A stretch of 64,000 bases of DNA. It comes from Eledone cirrhosa. Lineage: Eukaryota. Below the pieces are notes generated by a model. It made no database searches. It had not been told where the DNA came from and saw only the letters and a list, made by a program, of their open reading frames with translations. How positions within the stretch are numbered: position 1 is the first letter of the stretch; each line of letters begins with the position of its first letter. Positions 47,099 through 57,460 of the stretch are shown here, in pieces. Location: assembly GCA_964016885.1 (NCBI GenBank), contig OZ024743.1:187860001-187924000 (forward strand), in the 5' to 3' direction. Position numbers and translations under genes: made by a program.

Positions 47099-47430
47099 CA
47101 GCAGCAACACCAACACCAACAACAACAACAACAACAGCAACAACACCATCGTCTGTGTTGAATGTGTGTATGTGTATGTATTTGTATATATGCGACAGCA
47201 GTAACAGCATCAACACCATTGTCTGCAGCAACAGCAGCAGTGAAATGAAGGACAACAACAACAGCAACAACGACAACTACAATAACAACTACAGTACCAA
47301 CAACTGCCACCACCATCACTGACCATCCACCACCACCACGCTGATACCATCCACCACCACCACACTGACACCATCCACCACCGCCATTACCAGCATAAAG
47401 CAAACAATTATTATTGTTATTGTTATTATA
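47096..47430. repeat. degenerate CAA/CAG/CAC/TAT trinucleotide microsatellite patch
   Basis: Direct inspection; same trinucleotide alphabet as the large array. Confidence 0.8.
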
Positions 47431-47656
47431 TACAAGCCGAACTGGACTGGGAAAGGTCAACAGTTGACATGATAGTGATTTTGACTTTGACGATTTTGTA
47501 TCAGTACTGTCGGTAATATATGTTTATATATGTGTGTTTGTGAGTGGTGTGTGTGATTGTATGCATGAATGAGTGTTGGTATGTGTGGTTGTGCTTTGTA
47601 TGCATGAGTATTGGTGTGTGAGTCGTGTCAATAATTTTTTTTTTTTTTTTTTTTTT

Positions 47657-50600
47657 AATGACCATGCTGTAAAATGGAGGGGTAGAGAGGGCCCTTGAGT
47701 CTAGTAAGACATCCTCCCTAGTGCTGGTGGCACAAATAAAAGCACCCAGTCCATGCTGTAAAGTGGCGCTGGTGTTAGGAAGGGCATCCAACCAGTGTAT
47801 CAATGCCAAAAAGCTTATCAGCACAGCAACAAAACAGCATAGAAAAATATGAAGACGTCGCATCTCAGAGTTGCAACACTTAATGTTGGCACTCTCAGAG
47901 GTAGATCTGCTGAAATAGCGGAGATGCTGGAGAGAAGGCAGGTGGATGTGTGCTGCGTGCAAGAGGTGAGATGGAGAGGTGCCTCTGCGAGACTAATCGT
48001 AGGCAAGCGTCTTAGCTATAAGCTATTCTGGGTAGGTAAGGATGATGGGTTAGAGGGAGTAGGCATTTTCCTGGCTGAGAAATGGATCAATAAGACAATA
48101 GAGGTAGTTCGAGTTAGTAATCGAATAATTAAGCTTAGATTAGTTGTAGGTAGGAGACTACTGACAATCATCTCGGTCTATGCTCCCCAAGCAGGCCTAG
48201 GCAAAGATGAGAAAGACTGCTTTTATGAGCAACTTTTGCAAACAACCACAATGACAGAGGACGGAGACATCGTTATGCTAGCAGGAGACTTCAATGGTCA
48301 TGTTGGACAGCTCCAGGATGGTTACACTGGGGTACATGGTGGGCACGGTTACAGTTCAAGAAATGAAGAAGGAGTGAGACTTCTTGAATTTTGTGATGCA
48401 AGTACATTGACTATTTGCAACACAAACTTCCAGAAACCTGCCAATCACCTAATAACCTACAAATCTGGTGAGCACATAAGCCAGATTGACTTCCTGCTAG
48501 TTAGGCAGCGGGACAGGCAGATAGTGTCTAATACCAAGGCATACCCTGGGGAAGAATGTACCCCACAGCATAGGTTAGTTGTTAGTGATATCTCAGTAAG
48601 CAAGAGATGGAATGAGACATATAGGAAGGTGTGGAGAAGAAAGGTCTGGAAGCTAAAAGACCTTTCACTAAAATTCAAATTTAGAAAAGCCCTTCAAGAT
48701 GTATATGACGAAAAAGAAGACGATTTAGAGATGTATGACATAGATAATAACTGGAAGTTCTTACGTGACAACTTGCTGCAGGCTACTGATGAAACCTGTG
48801 GCTGGAGCAGAGCTCCAACCAGACAGAGAGTGACCTGGTGGTGGAACAGCACAGTAGATAAGGCTATTAGAGACAAAAGACTAGCATGGAAGGCTTGGAA
48901 AAAGGGTGGGAGTAGGGAAGAATATACAGCCACTAAGAGAGAAGCTAGACGTCAGGTGTACTTAGCACGCAGGGAGGCAGAGAGTAGGAGGTTTGCCAAT
49001 GTTCTGCGACGGGAAGATCAGAGGCGTGCGGTGTTCCACATTGCAAGGCAGTGTGTCAATGCAAATCAGGATGTTGTTGGTGATAAATGTGTCCGGCATG
49101 ATGCCGGTGTACTTAGTGTCACGAATGACCAGAAAAAGGAGGCCTGGAAATGTCATTATGAGAGACTGATGAATGTGGAGAACGAATGGGAGAGAGAGAA
49201 ATTACCCTTGGTAGATCCGACAGAGGGACCAGCTATTGAGATTGACGAATATAGGGTCCAAGAGGCGATTAGGGAAATGAAAAATGGTAAGGCGGCCGGA
49301 CCATCGGGAATAGTTGCTGAGATGCTGAAGGCATCAGGGGACGTAGGCACTAAACTGGTTGCACGCATCATCAATCAGGCTATATATGGTGGTGTCATAC
49401 CCAAAGACTGGTGCAGCAGTATTCTCATAAATTGCTACAAAGGTAAAGGGGATGCTTTGGAGAGGAGCAATTATAGGGGTATAAAACTGATAGATCAGGT
49501 TATGAAAGTGGCAGAAAGGATTTTAGCACAACTAATTAGAGAAAGGGTCAAACTAGATGAGATGCAGTTTGGTTTTGTGCCTGGGAAGAGTACAACAGAT
49601 GCCCTCTTCTTGGTGAGACAAATGCAAGAGAGGTTCTTAGAGAAGAATAAGCTACTATACTTAGCCTTTGTTGACCTAGAGAAGGCCTTTGATAGGGTAC
49701 CCCGATCTGTCATCTGGTGGTCCCTAAGGAAGCTGGGTGTTGAGGAATGGCTTGTGAGGACAGTGCAAACTTTGTACAGAGGTACTCTCAGTAAAGTCAG
49801 GGTAGGAATGGAGTTTAGTGAGGAATACCAGATACAAGTAGGAGTACATCAGGGTTCGGTCCTCAGCCCGCTCTTGTTCATTATAGTCCTCCAAGCCATA
49901 ACAGAGGAGTTTAAGACTGGCTGTCCATGGGAACTTCTCTATGCTGACGATCTGGCTCTTATGGCAGAATCAGTAGAGGAGCTAGAGAATAAATTCCGGC
50001 TATGGAAACAGCAGTTGGAAGCAAGAGGACTGAGAGTAAATCTAGCTAAGACAAAAGTGTTGATGAGTAGAAAAGAGGACAAAACCCTGATTCCGTCAGG
50101 GAAATGGCTATGTTCGATATGCAGAAAAGGAACTGGCATAAATTCTATAAAATGCACACAATGCAGGTCCTGGGTACACAAGAGATGTAGCGGGATAGCA
50201 GGCAAACTAACAGGTAGGGAGAAATATGTATGCAGTAGATGTACAGGGAAATTAGACAGTAGAAGTCGCACTGATAGACACATTTTTCAAATGCGAGAGG
50301 GCGCTATAGAAGTGGTGGATAGCTTCCGGTACCTAGGAGATCAGATTAGCATGGGAGGAGGGTGTTCCGAGACCATAGTATCTAGAATAAGGACGGGTTG
50401 GAAGAAGTTTAGGGAGCTGCTTCCTCTGTTGACGAAGAAGGGTTTCTCCCTGCATACGAAAGGCCGGTTGTATGATGCCTGTGTGAGGAGCGCGATGCTG
50501 CATGGTAGTGAGACATGGGCAGCAACCGCAGAGGATATGCGACGGCTGGAGAGAAATGAGGCAAGCACGCTCCGTTGGATGTGCAGTGTAAATGTGCGTG

Positions 50601-50938
50601 AACGACCCAGCATAAATGTGTTGAGAGAGAAACTGTGTCTGAGAGGGATAGAATGTAGTGTACGGGAGAGGAGACTGAGGTGGTATGGACATGTGATGCG
50701 CATGGAGGATGACCGATGGGTGAAGAAGTGCCAGGAAATGCCAGTTGAAGGAAGACGTGGTAGAGGTAGACCACGAAAAACATGGGCGGAGGTGGTGAGA
50801 ACAGACTTCAGATCATTGAAACTCATGGTGGAGATGACGAGGGACCGTGACGAGTGGAGAGATGCTGTGCTGAATAAGACCCGTCCCACCCTTACAAGCA
50901 GGGAAAAGCGGACGTAAAATGATGATGATGATGATGAT
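47657..50938 (+). mobile_element. apparently full-length RTE-clade LINE (family A)
   Basis: ~190 nt 5' UTR after a poly-T run, single intact ORF, (GAT)n tail directly after the stop; 5' boundary approximate and no TSD identified. Confidence 0.93.
47849..50917 (+). CDS. RTE LINE polyprotein: APE endonuclease, reverse transcriptase and PHD-type zinc finger (1022 aa)
   Basis: APE motifs TLNVGTL, CVQEVRW, VYAPQ, GDFNGH, QIDF, QHRLV; RT motifs QFGF, FVDLEKAFD, GVHQGSVLSPLLF, YADD, FRYLG; C4HC3 cluster at 50111-50242; RTE-type C-terminus RLRWYGHVMR...RGRGRPRKTW. Confidence 0.96.
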   Translation: MKTSHLRVATLNVGTLRGRSAEIAEMLERRQVDVCCVQEVRWRGASARLIVGKRLSYKLFWVGKDDGLEGVGIFLAEKWINKTIEVVRVSNRIIKLRLVVGRRLLTIISVYAPQAGLGKDEKDCFYEQLLQTTTMTEDGDIVMLAGDFNGHVGQLQDGYTGVHGGHGYSSRNEEGVRLLEFCDASTLTICNTNFQKPANHLITYKSGEHISQIDFLLVRQRDRQIVSNTKAYPGEECTPQHRLVVSDISVSKRWNETYRKVWRRKVWKLKDLSLKFKFRKALQDVYDEKEDDLEMYDIDNNWKFLRDNLLQATDETCGWSRAPTRQRVTWWWNSTVDKAIRDKRLAWKAWKKGGSREEYTATKREARRQVYLARREAESRRFANVLRREDQRRAVFHIARQCVNANQDVVGDKCVRHDAGVLSVTNDQKKEAWKCHYERLMNVENEWEREKLPLVDPTEGPAIEIDEYRVQEAIREMKNGKAAGPSGIVAEMLKASGDVGTKLVARIINQAIYGGVIPKDWCSSILINCYKGKGDALERSNYRGIKLIDQVMKVAERILAQLIRERVKLDEMQFGFVPGKSTTDALFLVRQMQERFLEKNKLLYLAFVDLEKAFDRVPRSVIWWSLRKLGVEEWLVRTVQTLYRGTLSKVRVGMEFSEEYQIQVGVHQGSVLSPLLFIIVLQAITEEFKTGCPWELLYADDLALMAESVEELENKFRLWKQQLEARGLRVNLAKTKVLMSRKEDKTLIPSGKWLCSICRKGTGINSIKCTQCRSWVHKRCSGIAGKLTGREKYVCSRCTGKLDSRSRTDRHIFQMREGAIEVVDSFRYLGDQISMGGGCSETIVSRIRTGWKKFRELLPLLTKKGFSLHTKGRLYDACVRSAMLHGSETWAATAEDMRRLERNEASTLRWMCSVNVRERPSINVLREKLCLRGIECSVRERRLRWYGHVMRMEDDRWVKKCQEMPVEGRRGRGRPRKTWAEVVRTDFRSLKLMVEMTRDRDEWRDAVLNKTRPTLTSREKRT

Positions 50939-50940
50939 AG

Positions 50941-51697
50941 CAGGGAGCTGCTACCAGTGCTAACTGCAAAAGGCTTTTCCCTCAAAATGAAAGGCAGACT
51001 ATGATGCGTGCATACGAACAGCAATGTTACATGCTAGTGAGACCTGGGCGCTGTGTGTAGAAGACTTGCGTAGATTAGAAAGAAATGAAGCTTGGATGTG
51101 TAATAGTTAATATACATGAATGTCAAAGCATAAACGAATTGAGAGAGAGAGACTGAGTATAACAGGAATCAAATGCTGTGTGCAGGAGAGGATGCGTATG
51201 AAGGATGACAGCTGCATAAAAAGGTGTAGAGCACTAAAAGTCGATAGAAGCCTTAGAGTGGGGAGACTCAAGAAAACCTGGGATGAGATGATAAAAGCTG
51301 ACCTTGCCCAATTGCACCTCTGAAAGGTGATGATGCAGGACCGTGACCTCCGGCATCAGACAGTAATACAGAAGACCCGACTTCCCACAGGTACAAGCTG
51401 AAGCTGAAGCATATAGACAATACGCCTCCCACTGCAAAGTTGTCGTGGAGGTGCCACGACAAAAAAGCACACAGCTCACACTGTAAAGTGGTTGTGTAGG
51501 CACCATAGTAAATAAGCACCCAGTACTCACTGTGAGGTTGGCATCATTAGGAAGGGCATCCAGCTGTAGAAATCAAGCTAAAATCAGTTCTCGTATCAGC
51601 AAGACAAGGTCACCCCACCTGGCACTGCCCGCAACAGGACAACCCCTCATGCTAGCGTGGAAGAATGGACATAAAACAGTGATGATGATGATGATGA
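50941..51697 (+). mobile_element. 5'-truncated RTE family B copy abutting the intact element
   Basis: Colinear with 40026-40737, including the composite 3' UTR and (GAT)n tail. Confidence 0.9.
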
Positions 51698-51741
51698 TAT
51701 ATATATATATATGCATACACACACACATATATACATATATA

Positions 51742-51898
<157 letters not shown>

Positions 51899-51899
51899 G

Positions 51900-52078
51900 G
51901 TACAGTGCTTGACTGTTAATTTATTTAATGTTTCAAAAGAGATGAAAGCCAGCCCTGGCAGGAATTGAACTCATATCCGATGTGTTAATTTATGCCTTTA
52001 TAAAGAAAATCAGGACAAATACCATGAGCTATCTAATCCGATATGTTATCATAAATTAGGGCGTTGTCAACTCGCCAC
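51900..52078 (-). mobile_element. degenerate tRNA-derived SINE
   Basis: gatgaaagccagccctggcaggaattgaactca corresponds to the reverse-complemented B-box region of the other SINE copies. Confidence 0.45.
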
Positions 52079-52219
52079 TTTAGATATTATATAAGACACA
52101 TTTTATGTCAGTTTTGATAGATCAACAAAATAAAACAATAAATTTTTAAAGCCATTTTATCTGCAAAAGCATGGTTTATCTTTGCAGGGTACTTCATTTT
52201 GCTCTATTTTCTACATATC

Positions 52220-52410
52220 TCATCATCAACAACTGTGCTCTTATATCCTCCATAACTTTAGTTATGTTTTTCTTGGTCTTCAGTCACCTCTACTTCCTTC
52301 CACAAATATTCCCATCACTCCTCCTATCCAGTCACTTACATATTTCTTCCACACATGATCCAACGATCTCACTCAATTTCTCTTTACAACATTCATCACA
52401 TGTACATTGC
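52220..52410 (-). mobile_element. highly decayed RTE 3' fragment
   Basis: Minus-strand VEGSRG..RPRKT motif ending near catcatc. Confidence 0.4.
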
Positions 52411-53135
52411 TGATACCTACTTTATTAATTGTGAAGGGATTCAAAATAGGAAATTGGGCCAGTACAAACTAATACCATTAAAAATGGCATCTACAAATCA
52501 ATAACATTAAAGCTAGTATCTCTATGTGGTTAGGATGTTTGTGTTTAAGTGATTCTTTATTTGATACCAGTATGAAAAATGTTGAATGGACAGCTCTCTT
52601 CTACCATTGCATAACCAACACCTTGTCATTCACAAAACAGAAACTTTGCAGAAGCCTGTCATTTATATATGACATCATCATTTTATATTTTACATTTGCT
52701 TTCCGTACTGGCACAGGCTAAACACTTTTCTTCCTATTTAATATTATTCTACTTTCTTTCTTCCCATGCCTTATTTAGTCAAACAATAGTGGCAGCATAA
52801 GAATGACATAAGATATCCTGCTCTAAATTATTTTCCTCAACTTTTCTTTCATTGTCAACTTTGTTATCGTTATTGTTAACATTTACAGTCCTGATTGCAA
52901 TGTCATAGCCTTCAAATAAAACACACTATTTTCTACACATTACACAATGCTTCAAACAAACTACAACACTCTTTAAATGTTATGTAATTGTATAATTACA
53001 TTATTGAAAAATTATTTATCATATTTATTTCATGAATATTTTGATAGTGTTATGTCTTCAAAGTATTTTTCCAAAGTAAATTTCTTTTGTCTCATTTATA
53101 CACCCTTTTATATAATTCCGAGACAGCATTAAAAC

Positions 53136-53350
53136 CACATTATATATTCGATTATAAGCTGATCTGAATGTAAGTTGACCCCTACCCTATTTTATGCCTG
53201 AGAAATGGGCAAAAATCCAAACCCTGTTTATAAGCTGAGGCAGCTAATCAACACTTTACTTAGACAGTGTATTTAAGCCGACCCCCGTCCCATTTTACCA
53301 TCGATTTTTAGGTCACATATTCTTTGGCTTATATTCGAGTATATATGGTA
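53136..53350. mobile_element. pogo/Tc2-like (TcMar) MITE
   Basis: Terminal inverted repeats tatatattcgattataagc / gcttatattcgagtatatatggta; internal TAAGCCGA/TAAGCTGA sub-repeats typical of this TIR type. Confidence 0.65.
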
Positions 53351-53890
53351 GTCTCTTTCACACTACAATGTTGTTTAAGATTTAGCAGTACAGTCTTAGG
53401 TATTGGAACTTTAGAGATGTTCAAAATAGGCAGCTGATAATGAGGCTGATATCTACTGTTTTGTTTTATGTTTCCAACCTCTCTGTTCATTTATATACCT
53501 TTGCTGTATGTTCACCATCTTTTTTGCCTATCATCTGTTTGTTGCTCTCATCTCTACAATTTTCTACTGTCTGTGTTATGTTTTATTCATGATTTTTATA
53601 GTTTCTGTTCTCCATTTATGATCTAGTTTTGAGGTATCATCTACCTGTGGTCAAATCCTTCTTCTTTTGCCACTTCAAGTTCACCTAACTTTCCTAGCAG
53701 CAATGGTTGAAATGATTGAACATATGGTTTCCCTTCTATGACGCTTATCCTACACTGCTATCTTTTTCTTTCAGCTTAACATTATTCCAATATCTGTTTG
53801 TCTCTATCCTATTTAATCTATTTTTGATTGGGGAATGTTAAATGGTGATATATGATATATGTGTATGTGTGTATATATATATATATATAT

Positions 53891-53944
53891 CCTTGCAAGC
53901 AGGGAAAAGCGGATGTAAAATGATGATGATGATGATGATGATGA
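53891..53944 (+). mobile_element. isolated RTE 3' tail
   Basis: ccttgcaagcagggaaaagcggatgtaaaat(gat)n, nearly identical to the end of the intact element; lies within (TA)n. Confidence 0.8.
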
Positions 53945-53979
53945 TATATATATATAGAGAGAGATAGATAGATGTTTAA

Positions 53980-54165
53980 CCCCAGCGGCAGAGCTCAAGC
54001 CATTTTCACGGCTATTTCTGGACTGCGTTATGGTCCATCTGGTTCCTTACCACACCTCCTTCATTATATATATATATATAATGAAGGAGGTGTGGTAAGG
54101 AACCAGATGGACCATAACTCAGTCCAGAAATAGCCGTCGAAACGGCTCGAGCTCTGCCATCGGGG
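53980..54165. mobile_element. piggyBac-type palindromic MITE
   Basis: TTAA on both sides (53976-53979, 54166-54169); CCCC...GGGG termini; the whole element is an imperfect palindrome centred on (TA)n. Confidence 0.8.
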
Positions 54166-54170
54166 TTAAG

Positions 54171-54218
54171 TCCCACCCTTGCAAGCATGGAAAAGTGGAC
54201 GTAAAATGATGATGATGA
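54171..54218 (+). mobile_element. isolated RTE 3' tail
   Basis: tcccacccttgcaagcatggaaaagtggacgtaaaat(gat)n. Confidence 0.8.
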
Positions 54219-54234
54219 TATATATATATATATA

Positions 54235-54463
54235 CTGTAGTAAATGTTTGGTAGAAATATCTAAAGGTAAGAGCACTCAGTCCATAAAACAAGTTAAGTA
54301 TAAATAGTTATAATAATGACATAAACAGGTACTTAAGTTTCAAGTTCATCTAACACAAAACTCAAGAACCTGTTTATGTCACTGTTATAACTATTTATAC
54401 TTAACTTGTTCTATGGACTGAGTGCTCTTACCGTAGGATATTTCTACCAAACTTTTACTACAG
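54235..54463. mobile_element. foldback/MITE-like element with ~106 bp inverted arms, TA-flanked
   Basis: Arms 54235-54340 and 54358-54463 (CTGTAGTAAA...TTTACTACAG) with a few mismatches and a 17 nt spacer. Confidence 0.8.
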
Positions 54464-54516
54464 TATATATAAATATATACAACCACTCTTGCCTCAAGTG
54501 GGAAAACTCCTGTCCA

Positions 54517-54570
54517 AACCCATGCAAGGGTGGAAGATGGACGTTTAACGATGATGATGATGATGATGAT
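54517..54570 (+). mobile_element. RTE-type 3' tail
   Basis: aacccatgcaagggtggaagatggacgtttaac(gat)n. Confidence 0.7.
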
Positions 54571-54576
54571 ACATAT

Positions 54577-54682
54577 ATTTATTAAAATAACAGATTTGCT
54601 CTACGGTTCTTATATATTTGATATATATTTATTCTTATCGAGCCCTCTTTGGATTTTAGTCTTCAAATTTATTATTATTACT
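54577..54682. repeat. short interspersed repeat embedded in (TA)n, copy 2
   Basis: Closely matches 46209-46342 with an internal deletion. Confidence 0.8.
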
Positions 54683-55850
54683 ATATATATATATATATAG
54701 TCATGGAGAGCTTGCCAAGCAAACAAGTAAAAAAAAACTTGGGAGGACTCTTCATTCATATCATGGACATGACAACCTCCCTAGTGTTGGGGATCTACAC
54801 TTTAAATGCACACACTACATGCTGTGAGGTGGTTGATGACAGGAAAGGCTTCCATTCATAGAAATTTTTCGAAAGAGTCAGGACATGAATACATACAAAT
54901 TTCATAACTGTTCATCACATATTTGCCAGCCATCAGACATGTGGTATGAATAGAAGAAAGAAAAAAATGAATCTAATATATCCTTCCCCTTTTAAAGACA
55001 GTTGAATGTGTAATACAAGGAGAGACTTAGTTGCTACTTTTAACAGATTGAGTAACAACACAAAGACACCATCATTGTTGAGTTGTGTCTTCTTATAGTT
55101 GGCATTGGTGATGCGTGTTCTATTAAGTGCTGTAAAAACAAATAACATAACTGGTTCCTTCTATACAATAAGTGCAGCCATATTGATTTAAACATATAAT
55201 AAAGAGTATAATAGGAATGGCTGTAAAGTTCTTTGACAACAAGAATTTTAAAAAAAGACAATAATACCAACAGCATCAACAAATAATATCCAGAATCTAG
55301 TCAAATGATGGTATTAGATTATTGGATTTTTCTGTAAATTCGCAATAGTTCTTGTAATTTCTTCTATCATTTAACCATAACCGTATTTATAATACTTTAT
55401 ATATAAGATGCATTATTTTATTTGTCTAGTTATCTGTTTATCTATTATCTATTCATTCATTCATTTAATTTTTTTTAAACGTTTCCACAATATTCATGAA
55501 AAATAAACTAAAACTTTGTCTGATACTAAAAAGAAGCTTGTCTGCTGACATTTCACGTGGTAACCAAATCTGACATCATACTTACGCACATATATATTTT
55601 CAAACATATATGTATTGCATAAATGCACCATTGTTATGTGATGTGTATATATATATATATATTGTTATATTTGGGGAGGGTCATATTTGCGTAATATTGC
55701 CAGAATTAATAACAGAACACACTCACTGTTTGGTTGGTTTTTGCTTCTCGCTGTCTTTTATATATATATATCTGCGATCTAACTTACTCGGTCCTCAATG
55801 TTGCCATTGACTGACCGGCGGTCAAAAATAATACAGATACAATATAGACA

Positions 55851-55914
55851 AACACATATATATATAGTTTACATAAATCTTTCGTTGCACATCTGCAACA
55901 TCGTCAGTGGTGTT
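55851..55914 (-). ncRNA. mirror copy of candidate hammerhead ribozyme
   Basis: Reverse complement of 57264-57327. Confidence 0.55.
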
Positions 55915-56166
55915 ATATTCATTGTTCCTCCTGTTGTGTTGTATGTCTACGCCATTTTTTTTTTTGTTCAGTCCGTCTATATATTTATTTATTTATTTGC
56001 TTGTTTGTTTATCTTATTTTATTTTGTCTTCTTTGCGCATGCGTTTGCGTGTGTGATGTGTGACTAGTGTGTATAGTGTTGTGTCTGCTGGGTGACTAGT
56101 GTGTGTTTATGTGCTTGTGTATGTATTTATTTATCTTATTTTATTTAATTTAATTTACTTATTTAT

Positions 56167-56592
56167 TTATACTTCTCTTAGGTCAGTGTTGTTTGTTTGG
56201 GTGTTGTTGTTGTTCCACTCATTCTTTCTGTTTAGCTTTGGTCTTCTAATTTCTATTTCACTGGCCTCTCTGATTTGCCTATCTGCTGGGTCATTCCTAT
56301 GTTTAGATATTATTCTAATTTCTATGTTGTCTATGTTACCGTCATGATGTTGTCTAGCATGTTCGTATAGTACTGACCCGTTTTTTCGTCCTTTTAGTTC
56401 CCCCCAGTGTTGGTCTATCCTTTCACCTATGCTACGAGCTGTCTCACCTATGTATGTTGTTGTCGTGTTTCTGCAAGTACCCTCTGTACATCTTATGCTA
56501 TAGACTACGTTTCTAGTTTTACAGTTTATCCGGGGGTTCACCTTACATATGATACATTTCCTATTGGTACAGTGGGTTTTCTTAAAAGGGTT
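56167..56592 (-). pseudogene. GIY-YIG endonuclease domain of PLE (5'-truncated ORF end), left arm
   Basis: NPFKKTHCTNRKCIICKVNPRINCKTRNVVYSIRCTEGTC...YIGETARSIGERIDQH...EHARQHH...RQIREA...LNRKNEW; no RT portion and no ATG start. Confidence 0.88.
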
Positions 56593-57011
56593 TTAAGAAA
56601 ACCCACTGTACCAATAGGAAATGTATCATATGTAAGGTGAACCCCCGGATAAACTGTAAAACTAGAAACGTAGTCTATAGCATAAGATGTACAGAGGGTA
56701 CTTGCAGAAACACGACAACAACATACATAGGTGAGACAGCTCGTAGCATAGGTGAAAGGATAGACCAACACTGGGGGGAACTAAAAGGACGAAAAAACGG
56801 GTCAGTACTATACGAACATGCTAGACAACATCATGACGGTAACATAGACAACATAGAAATTAGAATAATATCTAAACATAGGAATGACCCAGCAGATAGG
56901 CAAATCAGAGAGGCCAGTGAAATAGAAATTAGAAGACCAAAGCTAAACAGAAAGAATGAGTGGAACAACAACAACACCCAAACAAACAACACTGACCTAA
57001 GAGAAGTATAA
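56592..57011 (+). pseudogene. GIY-YIG endonuclease domain of PLE, right arm (mirror copy)
   Basis: Same translation as the left arm from FKKTHC onward (VVY...YIG, conserved R, E and N). Confidence 0.88.
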
Positions 57012-57263
57012 ATAAATAAGTAAATTAAATTAAATAAAATAAGATAAATAAATACATACACAAGCACATAAACACACACTAGTCACCCAGCAGACACAAC
57101 ACTATACACACTAGTCACACATCACACACGCAAACGCATGCGCAAAGAAGACAAAATAAAATAAGATAAACAAACAAGCAAATAAATAAATAAATATATA
57201 GACGGACTGAACAAAAAAAAAAATGGCGTAGACATACAACACAACAGGAGGAACAATGAATAT

Positions 57264-57327
57264 AACACCACTGACGATGTTGCAGATGTGCAACGAAAGA
57301 TTTATGTAAACTATATATATATGTGTT
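57264..57327 (+). ncRNA. candidate type I hammerhead ribozyme in PLE pseudo-LTR (possibly disrupted)
   Basis: CTGACGA core, perfect stem II GTTGCA-gatg-TGCAAC, GAAA, weak stem III and CTA triplet; the stem I partner TGTGTT is displaced by a TA run. Confidence 0.55.
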
Positions 57328-57409
57328 TGTCTATATTGTATCTGTATTATTTTTGACCGCCGGTCAGTCAATGGCAACATTGAGGACCGAGTAAGTTAGA
57401 TCGCAGATA

Positions 57410-57460
57410 TATATATATAAAAGACAGCGAGAAGCGAAAACCAACCAAACAGTGAGTGTG
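57410..57460 (+). promoter_or_regulatory. possible TATA box and start region of the PLE pseudo-LTR
   Basis: TATATAAAAG followed ~25 nt later by ACAGT and a GTGAGT donor-like motif; position downstream of the ORF fits a pLTR. Confidence 0.3.

Noticed and set aside
47657-47720. Twister ribozyme at the RTE 5' end
   Set aside because: TAAAATGGAGGGG resembles the twister 3' strand, but the GUCCCAAGCCC-type core is absent
48457-51024. Minus-strand ORFs overlapping the RTE ORF
   Set aside because: Antisense shadows of the LINE coding sequence with no independent motifs
56592-57330. Selenoprotein-type Naiad (in-frame UGA plus SECIS)
   Set aside because: The retained fragment has no in-frame TGA and its Cys codons are TGT/TGC; the ATGA...GA near 57256-57287 does not form a proper SECIS helix
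55798-57380. Paired hydrophobic ORFs (89, 82 and 77 aa) in the palindrome
   Set aside because: Antisense readings of A-rich PLE sequence, duplicated only because of the inversion
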